Source: an uncultured cyanobacterium (lineage in GTDB: Bacteria; Cyanobacteriota; Cyanobacteriia; Phormidesmidales; Phormidesmidaceae). From it: a stretch of DNA of 64,000 nt. The notes under the pieces were generated by a model, which saw only the letters and a list, made by a program, of their open reading frames with translations, had not been told where the DNA came from and searched no databases. Positions 1 to 9,364 of the stretch are shown piece by piece (position 1 is the first letter of the stretch; each line of letters begins with the position of its first letter). The translations under genes and the position numbers were made by a program. The stretch spans positions 256,001-320,000 of the forward strand of contig CAWBZI010000006.1 of assembly GCA_963793265.1 (NCBI GenBank). Reading direction: 5' to 3'.

Positions 1-55
1 AGGGACTTCAGATCTGGCTCCCTTCTCCTTAGGGAGAAGGGTTGGGGATGAGGGC
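1..55. repeat. Cyanobacterial REP-like palindromic dispersed repeat (CCCTTCTCC-ttag-GGAGAAGGG followed by TTGGGGATGAGGG)
   Basis: Perfect 9-bp stem at 20-28/33-41 followed by a G-rich tail; lies just downstream of the U32 gene stop. Confidence 0.7.
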
Positions 56-84
56 TTCGGTGTGTTGGCAAACTGCGATATCTC

Positions 85-2640
85 TTACCGACGGCTCTTT
101 TCTAGGGTGCCTCGGGTGACGCCAAGCTGACTGGAAAGATTAAGACTTTTCCACAAGTCGCTGCCGCTGATCTCTCCTGATAAAAGCTGTTGATAGGCCG
201 CTAGCGTACGGGCTACCTGCGCTGCTGGTTCGTTTAAAAACTCGATTCTGAAGTGGCGCGCGCCTTTGCTAACTAAAAGTGGAAGAAATTCTGCGCCAGT
301 TTGGGCGCGGCCATTAAAGAGCGTGTTGCGACAGCCTGCGTCGGCTTTGAGGATATGTTCGGTGTTGGCACGATCGCGCAAAGCCACCTCATGCGTATCG
401 CAAGGCCGTCCGCAGTTTGTAAAATCTGTTCCTTCTGATAAAAACGCACAAAAAACGCAGTGCTCCATATGGAACATAGGCATATGCTGATGAATGGTGA
501 TATCGAACCACTGAGGCGGCGCAGTTTCTAACAAGTCTTGAAGCTGCTGTACGTTGAGATCGTAAGAGGCACTGAGCCTTTCGAGGTTGAATTCTCTTTT
601 AAAGTAGTCGGCGGTGATAGGGTTGGCGACGTTTAGTGAGAAGTCTCCAATGCAGCGATCGTCTCTAAAAAAAGCAAGCTGATCATAATTGCGAATCAAA
701 TACCCGTCTGCACCCGCTTTACGCACCTGCTCCAAAATGTAGTATTCGCTAGGCTTGGTAATACGCGGTGGGGCAATGAAAATCTGAGTGGTAGGGCGAT
801 CGCTTCGCTCCATCTTTTCTTTTGCCTGTTCTACCGCATCACGGTAACGAACAGGATTTTCAAACTCGCAGTAGATTGTTTGAACACCCGCTTCTAGAGC
901 TGCCTCAAGCTGAGCTAAAGTACGCACTAAAGGAATGAGCTGCGGTTCGGCTTCTTGTTGAGGGCCAATCTCAGGTAACAGATCGCGATGAGAGGCATGG
1001 GAATTGATTGTCCACGCTTTAGGCTGTGATCTTACAGCATCTAGCTGTCCTGTCAGCTCTCGACGAAGCTGGTTGAGCGCGCTAACCGGCAGCATCAGCT
1101 CACCTTCTAAATGATTCTTGAGTTCAAGCAGCTCAAAGGCGGTATTGCCGAGCCGGGCAAACTGTTGAGTTAATTTCTCAGTCGTTAGCGGCTTATTACG
1201 CGCGAAGACAAGCTGAGTTTCGGTGGTTGCCTGAACGCGGTTGCCTTGTTCATCGGAGGCGATCGCCCGCAAGCCTTCTCCCGCGCTGCCAAACACTTCA
1301 ATCGTAATTGCCCGCTTAAACTTTGGCTGCTCGCCACTGTAGGTTTGGCGCAGCGATTTATCTAGTTCAGGGTCACTGGTTTTCCAGAGGCGATCGCCCA
1401 CCCGCACCCGGCTCAGATCCACATCATCGCGGCCAAAGCTCACCAAAGTCTCTTTTCCCGCCTGCACCACGCCATACAGCCGCCCGCCCTGCTCATCATC
1501 AGGATTACCCGTATCAATCACCACACCATCGCCCGGCTTTACTGGCACCCGTGGCTTGATCGCAATCTGACTTTCTCGCTTATGCTGACGAATTTGCGAA
1601 ATCTCTCCAATATACGCGCCTCGTTTTTTACCAAAGCGCGCATGAACCAAAGCCTGGTTATCAATCCCTTGAAACCATCCTGTCGAAAGCCCGCGAGAAA
1701 AAGCCATATCTAAGGCATAGCGCTCATCGGCAGTCGGCGTATAGGCGGCTTTTGCCCGACGAAAGCTGATATCTACAGGTGAGACAGGTAGAGAGTCCGA
1801 AAGGGTATCTACAGCGCGATCTAAAGCCTGGCGATACACCCGCGTGACGTTCGCAACATATTCAGGCGTTTTTAAGCGGCCCTCTATTTTTAGGCTAGTG
1901 ACGCCTGCCTGGATAAGATCGGGAACGACCGGGAGCCCGGAAAGATCTTGTGGGCTTAGGAGGTAGGCGCGATCGCCCAGTTCCACCTTTTCACCATCCG
2001 CAATCAGCTCATACGTCATCCGACAGGCTTGAGCGCACTCCCCCCGATTAGCCGAGCGTCCGCCCAGCGACTCGCTCGTAAGGCACTGCCCCGAATACGC
2101 CACGCACAGCGCCCCGTGCACAAATGTTTCTAGCGGCAGTGAAACCCGCTCTTGCTTAAGCTGCCGCTGAATTTTGTTGATTTCCTTGAGCGAACATTCA
2201 CGCGCGAGCACCACCAAATTGCAGCCAAGCGACTGAGCAAACTTAACGCCCGCCGCCGAAGTTATCGTCATCTGCGTAGACGCGTGAATGGGGAAATTAG
2301 GTGAAAGGTGACGAATGAGACGACAAATGCCAATATCTTGAACAATGGCCGCATCTACGCCTGCAGCCATGATGGTGCGTAGGTAGTGTGCGATCGCCTT
2401 CAGCTCTTTTGGAAACGCCAGCGTATTAAGCGTGATATAGCCCTTCACGCCCCGCCCGTGCAAAAAAGCCATCAGCGCAGGCAAGTCATCTACCGTAAAA
2501 TTATGGGCTCGCATCCGCGCATTGAACTTATCCAAGCCGAAATAAATCGCATCTGCGCCATTTTCTACCGCTGCTTTAGCACTCTCCCAGCTTCCAGCAG
2601 GCGCAAGGAGTTCAGGGATCGCGAGGGCGGTAGATTTCAT
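85..2640 (-). CDS. U32 family protein, long RlhA-type (23S rRNA hydroxylation) with DUF3656 C-terminal region
   Basis: PELLAPAG start, HASTQM, Fe-S cysteines in HGALCVAYSGQC...RGECAQAC, LKIEGR motif; 851 aa. Confidence 0.85.
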   Translation of the reverse strand: MKSTALAIPELLAPAGSWESAKAAVENGADAIYFGLDKFNARMRAHNFTVDDLPALMAFLHGRGVKGYITLNTLAFPKELKAIAHYLRTIMAAGVDAAIVQDIGICRLIRHLSPNFPIHASTQMTITSAAGVKFAQSLGCNLVVLARECSLKEINKIQRQLKQERVSLPLETFVHGALCVAYSGQCLTSESLGGRSANRGECAQACRMTYELIADGEKVELGDRAYLLSPQDLSGLPVVPDLIQAGVTSLKIEGRLKTPEYVANVTRVYRQALDRAVDTLSDSLPVSPVDISFRRAKAAYTPTADERYALDMAFSRGLSTGWFQGIDNQALVHARFGKKRGAYIGEISQIRQHKRESQIAIKPRVPVKPGDGVVIDTGNPDDEQGGRLYGVVQAGKETLVSFGRDDVDLSRVRVGDRLWKTSDPELDKSLRQTYSGEQPKFKRAITIEVFGSAGEGLRAIASDEQGNRVQATTETQLVFARNKPLTTEKLTQQFARLGNTAFELLELKNHLEGELMLPVSALNQLRRELTGQLDAVRSQPKAWTINSHASHRDLLPEIGPQQEAEPQLIPLVRTLAQLEAALEAGVQTIYCEFENPVRYRDAVEQAKEKMERSDRPTTQIFIAPPRITKPSEYYILEQVRKAGADGYLIRNYDQLAFFRDDRCIGDFSLNVANPITADYFKREFNLERLSASYDLNVQQLQDLLETAPPQWFDITIHQHMPMFHMEHCVFCAFLSEGTDFTNCGRPCDTHEVALRDRANTEHILKADAGCRNTLFNGRAQTGAEFLPLLVSKGARHFRIEFLNEPAAQVARTLAAYQQLLSGEISGSDLWKSLNLSSQLGVTRGTLEKSRR

Positions 2641-2815
2641 GGAGTCTCAAGTGGCGCAAGCTGCGCGTATGGGGCCTACTACAAAGTCTATATCAAACAC
2701 CTGAGGCGTTGGCCTAATACTAAAGGCTTGAGTCGGTGACCGTTACTCCGTAGAATCAAAGGGCATGTGTTGAATTGAAAAAAGCACTCTCAATAAAGAG
2801 ACATTAGGAGAAACT

Positions 2816-3769
2816 ATGGCTGAGCGTCCAATCATCGTTGGCATTGTGGGCGATAGCGCCGCTGGAAAAACGACATTAACACGTGGTATCGCGCAAGTGC
2901 TAGGTGAAGATAACGTTGTAGCCATTTGCACCGACGACTACCACCGCTACGACCGCAAGCAGCGTGCCGAGATGGGCATCTCAGCGCTTGATCCTGAGTG
3001 CAACTATATTGATATTATCGAGCAGCACCTACAGGACTTGAGAAACGGTAAATCCATTCTTAAGCCAATTTACAACCACACCACAGGCGGCTTCGATGCT
3101 CCCGAATACATTCAGCCTAAAAAGTTTGTGATTGTAGAAGGACTGCTGGGCTACTCTACAAAAGCGGCTCGCGACGCCTATGACGTAAAAGTGTACTTAG
3201 CACCGCCGGAAGAGCTACGGGCAAAGTGGAAAATTAAGCGCGATACTCGCAAGCGCGGCTATACAGAGGAGCAGGTAAGAGAAGCCCTACGCAAGCGTGA
3301 GCCTGATTCTGAAGATTTTATCCGACCTCAGCGTCAGTGGTCGGATGTGATTGTTTCTTTTGTGCCGCCTAGCGATGAGGGCGAAGACAAAAACGATTTG
3401 CTGCTAGATGTAAAGCTGGTGCTGCGCCCAACGCTGCCTCACCCTGATTTTACGAACATTCTCAACGATAAGGGCAATGACTTAGGCGATGCTATTCGTC
3501 TGTTGCTCGATCGCGATATGGGTAAGCCGGTAGATGTGCTCTCAGTAGACGGTCATGCGACTGAAGAACAGGTGCAGCAGCTAGAACGGATTCTATGTAA
3601 TGAGGTGCCGTATCTGGGTCAGTTCTGTAGCTTGGAGGGCAATCAGGATGTAGGTAAGGTGGTTGGGACGACAGGGGAAACGCTGCAAAGCTATCCGCTG
3701 GCGCTGACGCAGTTGTTGATTACCTATCACATGCTGAAGGCTGTGGAGCGGACGCGGAAGGTGAAGTAG
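2816..3769 (+). CDS. Phosphoribulokinase/uridine kinase family protein (non-canonical PRK paralog)
   Basis: P-loop GDSAAGKTT, DDYHRYDR, KPIYNHTTG, KIKRD..RG; AGGAG RBS upstream. Confidence 0.8.
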   Translation: MAERPIIVGIVGDSAAGKTTLTRGIAQVLGEDNVVAICTDDYHRYDRKQRAEMGISALDPECNYIDIIEQHLQDLRNGKSILKPIYNHTTGGFDAPEYIQPKKFVIVEGLLGYSTKAARDAYDVKVYLAPPEELRAKWKIKRDTRKRGYTEEQVREALRKREPDSEDFIRPQRQWSDVIVSFVPPSDEGEDKNDLLLDVKLVLRPTLPHPDFTNILNDKGNDLGDAIRLLLDRDMGKPVDVLSVDGHATEEQVQQLERILCNEVPYLGQFCSLEGNQDVGKVVGTTGETLQSYPLALTQLLITYHMLKAVERTRKVK

Positions 3770-3793
3770 GTGAAGCGGTAATGTATGGGCGTG

Positions 3794-3822
3794 ATAGGGG
3801 CGTAGCAGTGCTGTGCCCCTAT
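3794..3822. repeat. GTAG-family REP-like hairpin or terminator between convergent genes
   Basis: ATAGGGGCGTAGCA-g-TGCTGTGCCCCTAT inverted repeat with G-U pairs. Confidence 0.55.
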
Positions 3823-3895
3823 GGGGCTCGATTTAAAGAAGTCGTAGGAACCATCGTCGTATCTGATTCTTCAATAGCACCGACAGCGCGACAGC

Positions 3896-5467
3896 CTATT
3901 CAGCTTTTTCGAGAAGTGAGAGTAAGCCTGATGATTCTTTGAGGGTAACCAAGCTGTTGGCGCAGAGAATGCCAGAAGCGGCGACTGCCGGGACACCAAT
4001 ACCAGGGAGCGTACTGTCACCTACTCGATAAAGACCTTTTATCGGCGTTTTGCAGCTTGGGAAACGGCCTTCTTTTGCTGAAATTGCAGGGCCGTAGGTG
4101 CCTTGATAGCGGCGTAGGTAGCGGCTGTGGGTCAGCGGCGTACCGATTAGCTGTAGCTCAATGCGACCCTGCACATCAGGAATAATTCTCTCCACCGCCC
4201 GAAAGAGCGTTTCAGCTTTCTCTCTCTTTTTCTGCTCGTATTGTTCATCTTTGGCCCAACCCTCATAGGGCTCTAGCGTGTAGGCGTGTACGGTATGATA
4301 GCCCCCTGGGGCCTGCTGCGGATCGAGCACGGTAGGAATAGAAACCATGCAGGTGTTGCCTGGCACGGTGACATCTACCTCGCTATTGTGAACAACAACA
4401 TGGTGAATCGGAACGTCCTCTAATCCTTCAGCGCGGATGCCTAAGTGAAGATGCATAAAGCTATCGACAGCGGGCGTGTTTAGAGACTCAGTGCGGTAGT
4501 CGGCAGGGAGATCTGACGGGTCGAGGAGATGGCTGTAGGTGTCCCAAAGGGTAGCGTTAGAGATGACGGTAGGGGCCATGATGCGATCGCCCCCCTTCAA
4601 TAAAACGCCTTTAGCCACCCCGTCCTCAGTCAAAATCCGATCGACATGAGCATTCAGTCTTAGCTCGCCGCCCCACCGCCGAAGCCCACGCGCCAAAGCA
4701 TCGACAATCGCGCCACTACCGCCCACCGGATAGTCAATCACCGACTGCGCGCGCTCACCAAACATAAACGCCATCTCAGGGGCCACCGTTTCCTCGCACT
4801 TCATTCCTGACAGCAAAAAACACTCTAAGTCCAACAGGCGCTTCAGCCAGGGATCAAGGCTGCTGATATCCGCTACTTTATCCATTACTTCGGCCATAGA
4901 GCGGCCCAGATCTGGCAGATTAGGCAACATCTGTGTCATTGCCCCCGGATAGCGCCGCAGCAGCAAGGGCAGTAGCTTCAAATCAGCCCGTAGCGCCAAA
5001 GTCGGAATCGCTTTGAGCGGCGCGTAAATCTTCAGCAGTCGAGCTTCCAAATCTGCTAAATAACTGGCCGCACCGGGGCTAAACTTTTCAACCGCCTGCC
5101 GGTACTTTTCGCCATTTCCATACACAGGCAACGTGCCTTCGGGAAAGTGATAGTAGCCAAACGGATCGTAAGGCACCGCGTCCAGGGTTTCACCTAAAAC
5201 CGCTAGCACCTGGCTAAGTGGATTAGCCCCATTCGCGTCAGCTAAACCGCAGTAAAAGGAGGGGCCAGAGTCAAAAGTGAAGCTTTCGCCCTGGCTAGCG
5301 CTCTGGCTGGTCTTTTGAGCCGGGCGGGTGAACGAATGCGCCGCACCGCCTGCGATCGCATGACTTTCGCAAACAATCGTTCGCCTGCCATAGCGGGCCA
5401 GTAGCGCCCCAGCGACCAGGCCACCCAGGCCGCTACCAATCACAATTACGTCTGTAGTACTCTGCAT
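3896..5467 (-). CDS. FAD-dependent oxidoreductase, phytoene desaturase/carotenoid isomerase family
   Basis: N-terminal GSGLGG dinucleotide-binding motif, FDSGPS, C-terminal GDSTLPGIGVPAVAASG. Confidence 0.8.
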   Translation of the reverse strand: MQSTTDVIVIGSGLGGLVAGALLARYGRRTIVCESHAIAGGAAHSFTRPAQKTSQSASQGESFTFDSGPSFYCGLADANGANPLSQVLAVLGETLDAVPYDPFGYYHFPEGTLPVYGNGEKYRQAVEKFSPGAASYLADLEARLLKIYAPLKAIPTLALRADLKLLPLLLRRYPGAMTQMLPNLPDLGRSMAEVMDKVADISSLDPWLKRLLDLECFLLSGMKCEETVAPEMAFMFGERAQSVIDYPVGGSGAIVDALARGLRRWGGELRLNAHVDRILTEDGVAKGVLLKGGDRIMAPTVISNATLWDTYSHLLDPSDLPADYRTESLNTPAVDSFMHLHLGIRAEGLEDVPIHHVVVHNSEVDVTVPGNTCMVSIPTVLDPQQAPGGYHTVHAYTLEPYEGWAKDEQYEQKKREKAETLFRAVERIIPDVQGRIELQLIGTPLTHSRYLRRYQGTYGPAISAKEGRFPSCKTPIKGLYRVGDSTLPGIGVPAVAASGILCANSLVTLKESSGLLSLLEKAE

Positions 5468-5476
5468 ACGGCTATT

Positions 5477-5938
5477 TTAAGCACACTTTGCAGGCATTAG
5501 CGTACGCTCAATATCCGACAAATGCTGCACAACAGTCGCTTCCTCATCGGGCGCAATATTCGTCAGCGTTTGTAAGCGCCAGTCATTAGCACTACGCAAT
5601 TCGCTCAGCTCCTTTTGAATCTTTTCCTTTTCGCGCTGCTTTTCGCCTTCTGCTAGCGTTGCAGCAGACTCTACTTCTGCTAAGCGCTGGTTGAGCAGGT
5701 CTGCTTCGCGCTCGGCAAAGGCAAGGGTCGCCTCAATCTGCGCTTTTGCACCACCTGATTTGACCACTGAATATACTTCCATCAGGCGGTAGTAGGCGTT
5801 GAGATAGGCTTCGTCGCCCTTGGGCAGGGTAGTGTGCAAATTACTGCGTATGCTGGCGGTTTTTTTACGCTGCCGCCACCAGTCGAGCAGTAAAGGAATG
5901 GAGATGCTATTGATGTTAGAAATCGTGCTTATGGACAT
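5477..5938 (-). CDS. Hypothetical helical/coiled-coil protein
   Basis: 153-aa ATG ORF ending 9 bp before the next gene on the same strand; charged helical composition. Confidence 0.6.
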   Translation of the reverse strand: MSISTISNINSISIPLLLDWWRQRKKTASIRSNLHTTLPKGDEAYLNAYYRLMEVYSVVKSGGAKAQIEATLAFAEREADLLNQRLAEVESAATLAEGEKQREKEKIQKELSELRSANDWRLQTLTNIAPDEEATVVQHLSDIERTLMPAKCA

Positions 5939-6208
5939 TTGTTATCTTCTCAACTGAACGTATAGCCGAACGTATACCGGGGGTTGAGACGATCATCAGA
6001 AACTATGATTTTTATATCGGTACTTATATTAGAACGCAATCTTCGGTTATGGAGCTTGTCACAAAAAGAACTTACAAAAGCAAACATACGAGGGAATGCT
6101 GCGCAGCTTTGAGAAAGCTGCCGAGTGCTCTGGCATCCTGTAGGCTTAGAGTAGGGATAGTAGCGGTTCAAAGACATTGGATAAAAGGGCGCGGCCTTTT
6201 TAAGACTC

Positions 6209-6970
6209 ATGGCACTCAAAGCAGCTTTGTTTGGTTTTAACGGCATCATCATCAATGACGAAGACATTCGCCAAACGTTGAGCGGCCTGATCCTTCAGGA
6301 TGAAAACCTGCGGCCTAATCCCGATGATTATCATGATGTGTGTTTGGGGCGGAGCGATCGCGCCTGCCTGAAGGCGCTACTCATCCAAAGGGGCCGCACC
6401 GTTTCACCTGAAGCTTTGGATAAAATGCTGGCCAAAGAAACGGCGACCTATGAAAACTGGCTGGCCGATCTAGAAAAGCTACCTATCTATCCTGGCGTGG
6501 AGGATCTGATTTTTCGCTGCCGGGCCGATCAGGTGAAGATGGCGATTGTAACGGGCGCTGAAAGGCAGCAGGTGATGCAGGTGCTAGATAAAGCAGAGCT
6601 GACTGAGCACTTTGCAGTGGTGGTGGCAGGTGATGATATTTCGGTGGAGGGGAGTAAGCCCGCGCCGGATGGGTTTGTTGAGGCGATCGCGCAGCTAAAT
6701 AAAACCTACCCCGAATTGCAGCTACAGCCAAACGAGTGTATCGCCATTGAAGACTCTTTTACTGGAATTACAGCCGCTAAAAACGCGCAGGTGCCAGTGG
6801 TCGGCGTAGCGCACACCTATCCAAATCATATGCTGCAAAGGCGAGCAACCTGGGTAGTTGACTATTTACGAGAGATTAATTTTGACTGGATTGGAGAGAA
6901 GTTTGGCAGGGGCCGGGTAACTGAAAGTTCTGAGCCTGAGACAACTTCTGAGGAAGCTGAAGAGAGCTAG
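6209..6970 (+). CDS. HAD-superfamily hydrolase (beta-PGM/CbbY-like), with degenerate motif I
   Basis: LFGFNGIIINDE (the catalytic Asp of DxD appears replaced by Gly), SKPAPD, IEDSFTG. Confidence 0.75.
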   Translation: MALKAALFGFNGIIINDEDIRQTLSGLILQDENLRPNPDDYHDVCLGRSDRACLKALLIQRGRTVSPEALDKMLAKETATYENWLADLEKLPIYPGVEDLIFRCRADQVKMAIVTGAERQQVMQVLDKAELTEHFAVVVAGDDISVEGSKPAPDGFVEAIAQLNKTYPELQLQPNECIAIEDSFTGITAAKNAQVPVVGVAHTYPNHMLQRRATWVVDYLREINFDWIGEKFGRGRVTESSEPETTSEEAEES

Positions 6971-7003
6971 ACTACACACAGTAACCATCGGCAAAGGAAA
7001 GTC

Positions 7004-7798
7004 GTGATGCCTTCACCATTTCCAGGAATGAATCCATATTTAGAAAATCCTGAACTGTGGCCAGAAGTGCATAGTCGGCTAATTGTGACGCTAGCAGATA
7101 GCCTAAATCCACAGCTTATTCCAAAATACAGAGCGGCTATTGAGCGCAGAGTATATACATTGGATGGAAGCGACTCTTTGCTAGTTGGGATTCCTGATGT
7201 GACTGTGAAGCGCCGGAAAGGTTCTGGCACTAGCCAAAGCAACGTTGCAGTGATGGCCTTACCAAGCAGCCCGGTTAAAGTGCAAGTGCCGATGCCGATT
7301 GAAATTCGCGAAAGCTATTTGCATATCAAAGAGATTGCTACTGGGGAAGTGATTGCGGCGGTAGAAGTACTCTCACCAACGAATAAGCGAGTCGGGAAAG
7401 GCCGAAGTGCTTACGAAGAGAAGCGTAGGGACGTACTTAGCAGCCGCACTCATCTAATTGAAATTGACTTGCTTCGGAACGGTGAAGCAATGACCGTTTT
7501 AGCGGGTGGGCTTAAGAGCGACTATCGTGTTTTAGTTAGCCGCAGCGAGCAACGCCCTCAGGCCGATCTATACGCATTCAACTTGACTGACGAAATGCCT
7601 TCATTTCCAATACCTTTGCAGGTAGAAGATAAAGATCTTGTTGTTGATCTTTTTAGTCTCATTGATCAGGTTTATGAGCGGGCGGGATATGAGGTTGTTA
7701 TTGACTACGATAAACCGCCTGTGCCACCGCTTGGAGGTGATAGCGCTGCGTGGATGGATGAGCTGTTGAAAGAGAAAGGGCTGAGAGCAAAAGGGTAA
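7004..7798 (+). CDS. DUF4058 family protein
   Basis: MPSPFPGMNPYLE start, EVLSPTNK, LIEIDLLR motifs. Confidence 0.85.
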   Translation: MMPSPFPGMNPYLENPELWPEVHSRLIVTLADSLNPQLIPKYRAAIERRVYTLDGSDSLLVGIPDVTVKRRKGSGTSQSNVAVMALPSSPVKVQVPMPIEIRESYLHIKEIATGEVIAAVEVLSPTNKRVGKGRSAYEEKRRDVLSSRTHLIEIDLLRNGEAMTVLAGGLKSDYRVLVSRSEQRPQADLYAFNLTDEMPSFPIPLQVEDKDLVVDLFSLIDQVYERAGYEVVIDYDKPPVPPLGGDSAAWMDELLKEKGLRAKG

Positions 7799-7864
7799 AG
7801 TCTTGTATTTCTATCGTAATTTCTTTTGGCAGGAGCGTAAGGCTTTACGCTCTCCGGCTGATAT

Positions 7865-9340
7865 TCAAGTCGCTGTCGGCAAATTCTCTGAGCTGACCGA
7901 GACATCAGAATGCACTTTCGCAATCTCTTTCGGGTCGCCAATCGTCTCTTTAATTTCAGTCTGCAATCGCTCTAGAGTAGAATCAGCTTTCGCCTTCGCT
8001 AAGATATCTTGCATAACCGTATTAACGCCCTGTGGCCCCCACGTGCAGCCCTGTTGCAAATAGCGTTTTGCCGCCTGACCCACCGCGTAAGTGCCATAGC
8101 CTGCGGCCCCGGCCTGCGCGGTCATGGCCCCAGCGTAAGCAGTGAATCCTGAAAAGCTTTCAAAGGCGCTCCAAATCGCCGCTCCACTTTTACCAAAGCC
8201 TAAGATTAAGCTGGTGCCAAACTCGCTGAGGAGTAAAGTGCCTGAGCTGCGAATAATAGACTGCCATAGCGTACTGGCCTCAAAGCGCGTCATTGGGAAG
8301 CCATAAAGGCGGGAGAGCGCGCGAATCATTACGATATCGGAACCGATGCCGCCGAGCATGTCGATAATAGCAATGGGGTTTAGAGAAACTGCGATCGCCT
8401 TATACTTCGCATACTGCCATATCAACTCATCTGCATTCACCTGATTAAGCGCCGTTGTCTCCTTTGCCAAGTTCTGTTCAATTACACCCGCCTGCCGCAA
8501 AGCATTAAGCGCAATCAGCGTCGGCCCTTCTTCTCGCACAATCTTCAACAAAGATGCCCTCAGCGGCTCTATCAGCGCAGGCGGACTCTCCCATTCCTCA
8601 GTTGTGCGACCATCAGGCCACTCCACCCGCACCTGAATCGGCGTCGGCTCAGCCGAAACCATCACAATCTCATCGACTAACCTTGCGCCCTGCGGCAGCT
8701 CGGATTTGTCCTCTGCCTTTTGCCATAGCGCCTGCAAGTTTTTCGCCACAGAATTTCTATCCGCATCTGGATAAAGATCTACTTTATTAAACACAAGCAG
8801 CAGCGGCTTCCGCGTCGCATAAAGCTGTTGAAGTGCGAGATATTCAGTTTGGGTCACATCGCCAGATACAACAAACAAAATGAGATCTGCCTGCTGAGCC
8901 ACTTCTTGAGCGACTTCACCTCTTGATTGGCCTTCTATCTCATCAAGACCAGGGGTATCTATTAGCTCTAGCTTGAGCGTACTTTTTGTCTCGGCACCGT
9001 CTCTATCGGGGAGCCAATACACCGAACGCGGCCATTGGGTAACACCGTTTAGAGGGCCAGTTTCTAAAACTTTTTCCTCCATCAAGGCATTGATAACCGC
9101 CGACTTTCCCCGGCTCACGAGCCCGAACACCGCCACTCGCAGCAGCGAACTGTCAAGCTTATTGAGCAAAGTCGTGAGCTGATCGATACCCGCCTTCACC
9201 GCTGCCTGACGACTGATCTCCTGAGCATCTAGCCGCGTTACTTTTAGCTGCGGGATGTAGCGATCTATCGCCTGGCGCAGGCTAGTGCGGGCCTGTTCGA
9301 CTAGAGGATTTAGCGGTTTGACGGAATTTGCTTTCGTCAT
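7865..9340 (-). CDS. GTP-binding protein with DUF697 (YcjF-like) C-terminus
   Basis: G1 GLVSRGKS, G3 DTPG, G4 NKVD; hydrophobic DUF697-type tail. Confidence 0.8.
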   Translation of the reverse strand: MTKANSVKPLNPLVEQARTSLRQAIDRYIPQLKVTRLDAQEISRQAAVKAGIDQLTTLLNKLDSSLLRVAVFGLVSRGKSAVINALMEEKVLETGPLNGVTQWPRSVYWLPDRDGAETKSTLKLELIDTPGLDEIEGQSRGEVAQEVAQQADLILFVVSGDVTQTEYLALQQLYATRKPLLLVFNKVDLYPDADRNSVAKNLQALWQKAEDKSELPQGARLVDEIVMVSAEPTPIQVRVEWPDGRTTEEWESPPALIEPLRASLLKIVREEGPTLIALNALRQAGVIEQNLAKETTALNQVNADELIWQYAKYKAIAVSLNPIAIIDMLGGIGSDIVMIRALSRLYGFPMTRFEASTLWQSIIRSSGTLLLSEFGTSLILGFGKSGAAIWSAFESFSGFTAYAGAMTAQAGAAGYGTYAVGQAAKRYLQQGCTWGPQGVNTVMQDILAKAKADSTLERLQTEIKETIGDPKEIAKVHSDVSVSSENLPTAT

Positions 9341-9364
9341 AAATTAGCTAGCAGCGAAGGTGGG

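Noticed and set aside
5950..6267. ORFs in the divergent region between the hypothetical gene and the HAD gene
   Set aside because: Overlap the HAD start, have atypical composition and are most likely promoter DNA
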